Shown here in pieces: positions 61,855 to 64,000 of a DNA stretch of 64,000 nucleotides. A program made the position numbers and the translations under genes. The first letter of the stretch is position 1. Each line of letters starts with the position of its first letter. A model generated the notes under the pieces. That model saw nothing but the letters and a program-made list of their open reading frames with translations. It had not been told where the DNA came from and searched no databases. This DNA is from Lytechinus pictus (taxonomy: Eukaryota), in the NCBI RefSeq assembly GCF_037042905.1, contig NC_087255.1, positions 18,476,001-18,540,000 of the forward strand, written 5' to 3'.

Positions 61855-64000
61855 AGAGGATGAGGAAGATGAATATTTTCTAAAATTGTACATGCCTACA
61901 AAATTTAAGAATAGGAATGGATATTGCTATCCTTCCATTGTCAAAATGATTTGGGTGTCTTGGGTGGAGGGAAGGGGGGGGGGGGTGGTTGTTTGGGGAG
62001 AATATATTTTGGGAAAATGAACTTCTGAAGGTTTTTATGGTGGCGAGTGACTCAATGTGAAGGCTATTTAATTTGATACACCATGTAGTCTTTTTGTGGG
62101 TATGCAGGTTCTGAAATGTATATGAATGCATCATAATGAGTATTATCCCTTCTAAAAAGGCATAGGCATATAGATTCATTTATTTAAACTCGTTGTCTGT
62201 TGGTGTTCATTTATTAATTGATTTGATTCATTCATTTACACCAGTTATGAATACAGGTCCTCATCCTTCAGACCTATATTCAACTTTATTTTCTCCAAGA
62301 ATTTACCAATTAATTATGAATGTAAATGACAAGTAGTGTACATCAATTAGTGTCTCTCCATCTATCTATTCATGTTTTAAGTACAAGTATTTGAACAATC
62401 TTTGTGGTTCTTCCCATTGCAGCAATCTCATTTTAAATAAAATTATTTTGTTTTCTTTCCGATCATGGAATGCGACCCTTAGAAGGACTTTGAAAAAGGT
62501 CAGAAATCAGTTGACAAGATCTATTTATGGCATCCCCTTGAACCATCGGGTCCATGTATGCACGAGCCTGTACATTTTTGCCCTGATCATAATCTGGAGT
62601 CAACAAGTATTATTTTCCATCGTTCTTGTCTTTGCTATTTGTGATTGCGGTATCCCTACCCAACCCATGTTATCGAGACTATCTTATGATCCTGAGGCAA
62701 GCGTCGCGATACCAGCCTCGGTTGCTGCTCCTTCAGAAACCTTTTTAAGTATGAGTATGAGCATGGAGGAACTTAGGAGAAATGGGAATTGGTTTGAGGT
62801 TCCAGTGACAGATCCAGGCAGGGGGGGGGGGGGGGTCAATGGGGTGCACACATTCTCTACATTGTATGATATGAAAATTGCTCATTGAACATATATTGAT
62901 ATATAGCTGAATCTAAGAATTTTGTCATCTGCACCCCCTATGTTTCAAATTTGCTATTTGCCCACTCTATTTCAAAATACTGTGTATGGTACATACTTTT
63001 GTGTGTGGGTGTTTTTGAAAGAGAGAGGGGGGAGGGAGAGGGAGAAACTGAGAATGGGGGGGGGGGGTGACATACCAAAATATAGCAAAAAAACAAAGTA
63101 AAATAAAATAAGGAAAGACAGTAAACAAGTAAGGAAAGGGGTAGAGAAAGTTTATGATGCAAAAGAAATGAATGAGTGAGGTCAGGCTAAATTAATAGGC
63201 AAGGGCGGTACCCAAGGGGATGTTTGAATCTCTTTTTCAAGTGATCAAAAGTAGAAAAAACATGAGAAAAGATAGAAAAGTGTTCAACAAAGGAATAAAA
63301 AAAAAAGACAGGAAGGGTACATGGCAATTGGCAAAGGTGATCACTCCATTGTGAAACTATTTATAGGCCTCCATACGTACATTTTACATGGATGATAGGC
63401 CTACCTTCTGTTTTGGGACTTTGATGGATTATATTAAGATTTGGTCATTATGCCCAAATCAAAATATTCTGGTAATGCTCCAGCCTTTAAATCATTAAAG
63501 AAAGCATAGAATAAAAAATGAAAGCCCTGGCTTAGATTTAGCAGGTTTACCTAAATATGGATGTACATGTACAATGTAGGCCTTTACATTATATATAAGT
63601 ATAATATTACTACAATCTTTTAGTCATATGCTTAAGTTGTGAACCCTTGGTAATGTTGACACATTCAATGTATAGATGATGCTGGGAAGCATTACATTTC
63701 CCTTTGTGATGTTAGATGATAAAGTAGGCGGTGCTGCACCAGCCCGAGTTTGCTCAATCTCAAGATTTTAGCCCGATCGGCCATCTTCGCGATTAATCTC
63801 GAGATTCAAGAAACCCCGTCTCCACCATTGCAAGAAGAGCGATTCCTGCTTGAGCGAGGCATCGGTGCATTATGGTCTGACGCCGTGAATAAATAATCCA
63901 GAGTGCGTCTGCACCTGCGAATTAGCGGGATAATTCGTAAATAGTGCGTTATTTTGCCAAAAATCCCAAGTTGAAAAAAAAAAAGTTGACTTGGGATTGC

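Overview
AT-rich, intron-containing animal genomic DNA. The SINE/MITE repertoire looks sea-urchin-like, which is inference only. Two assembly gaps are present. The minus strand carries most of a YTHDC1 (nuclear m6A reader) gene: ten phase-compatible coding exons from 28162 down to 4329, an uncertain first exon, and 3' exons probably outside the window. The main surprise is the ~14.7-kb intron that splits the YTH domain between ...SLAKAK and GVWST.... It contains a same-strand, stop-free four-exon cassette (17456-12222, 1019 codons plus stop) ending in a BEN DNA-binding domain. The cassette's first acceptor is phase 0, matching the YTHDC1 AKAK donor, so the locus could make either an m6A-RNA reader or a BEN-domain chromatin protein from one N-terminus. 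The rest of the window is mostly transposon-derived: a Helentron-type non-autonomous element with an internal 1-kb tandem duplication, a decayed RNase H-containing LINE with two nested insertions, many TTAA-flanked (Kolobok-like), hAT, Harbinger-like and CMC-like MITEs, tRNA-derived SINEs, two Penelope-like inverted footprints, and interleaved inverted repeats in the CpG-rich region upstream of YTHDC1.
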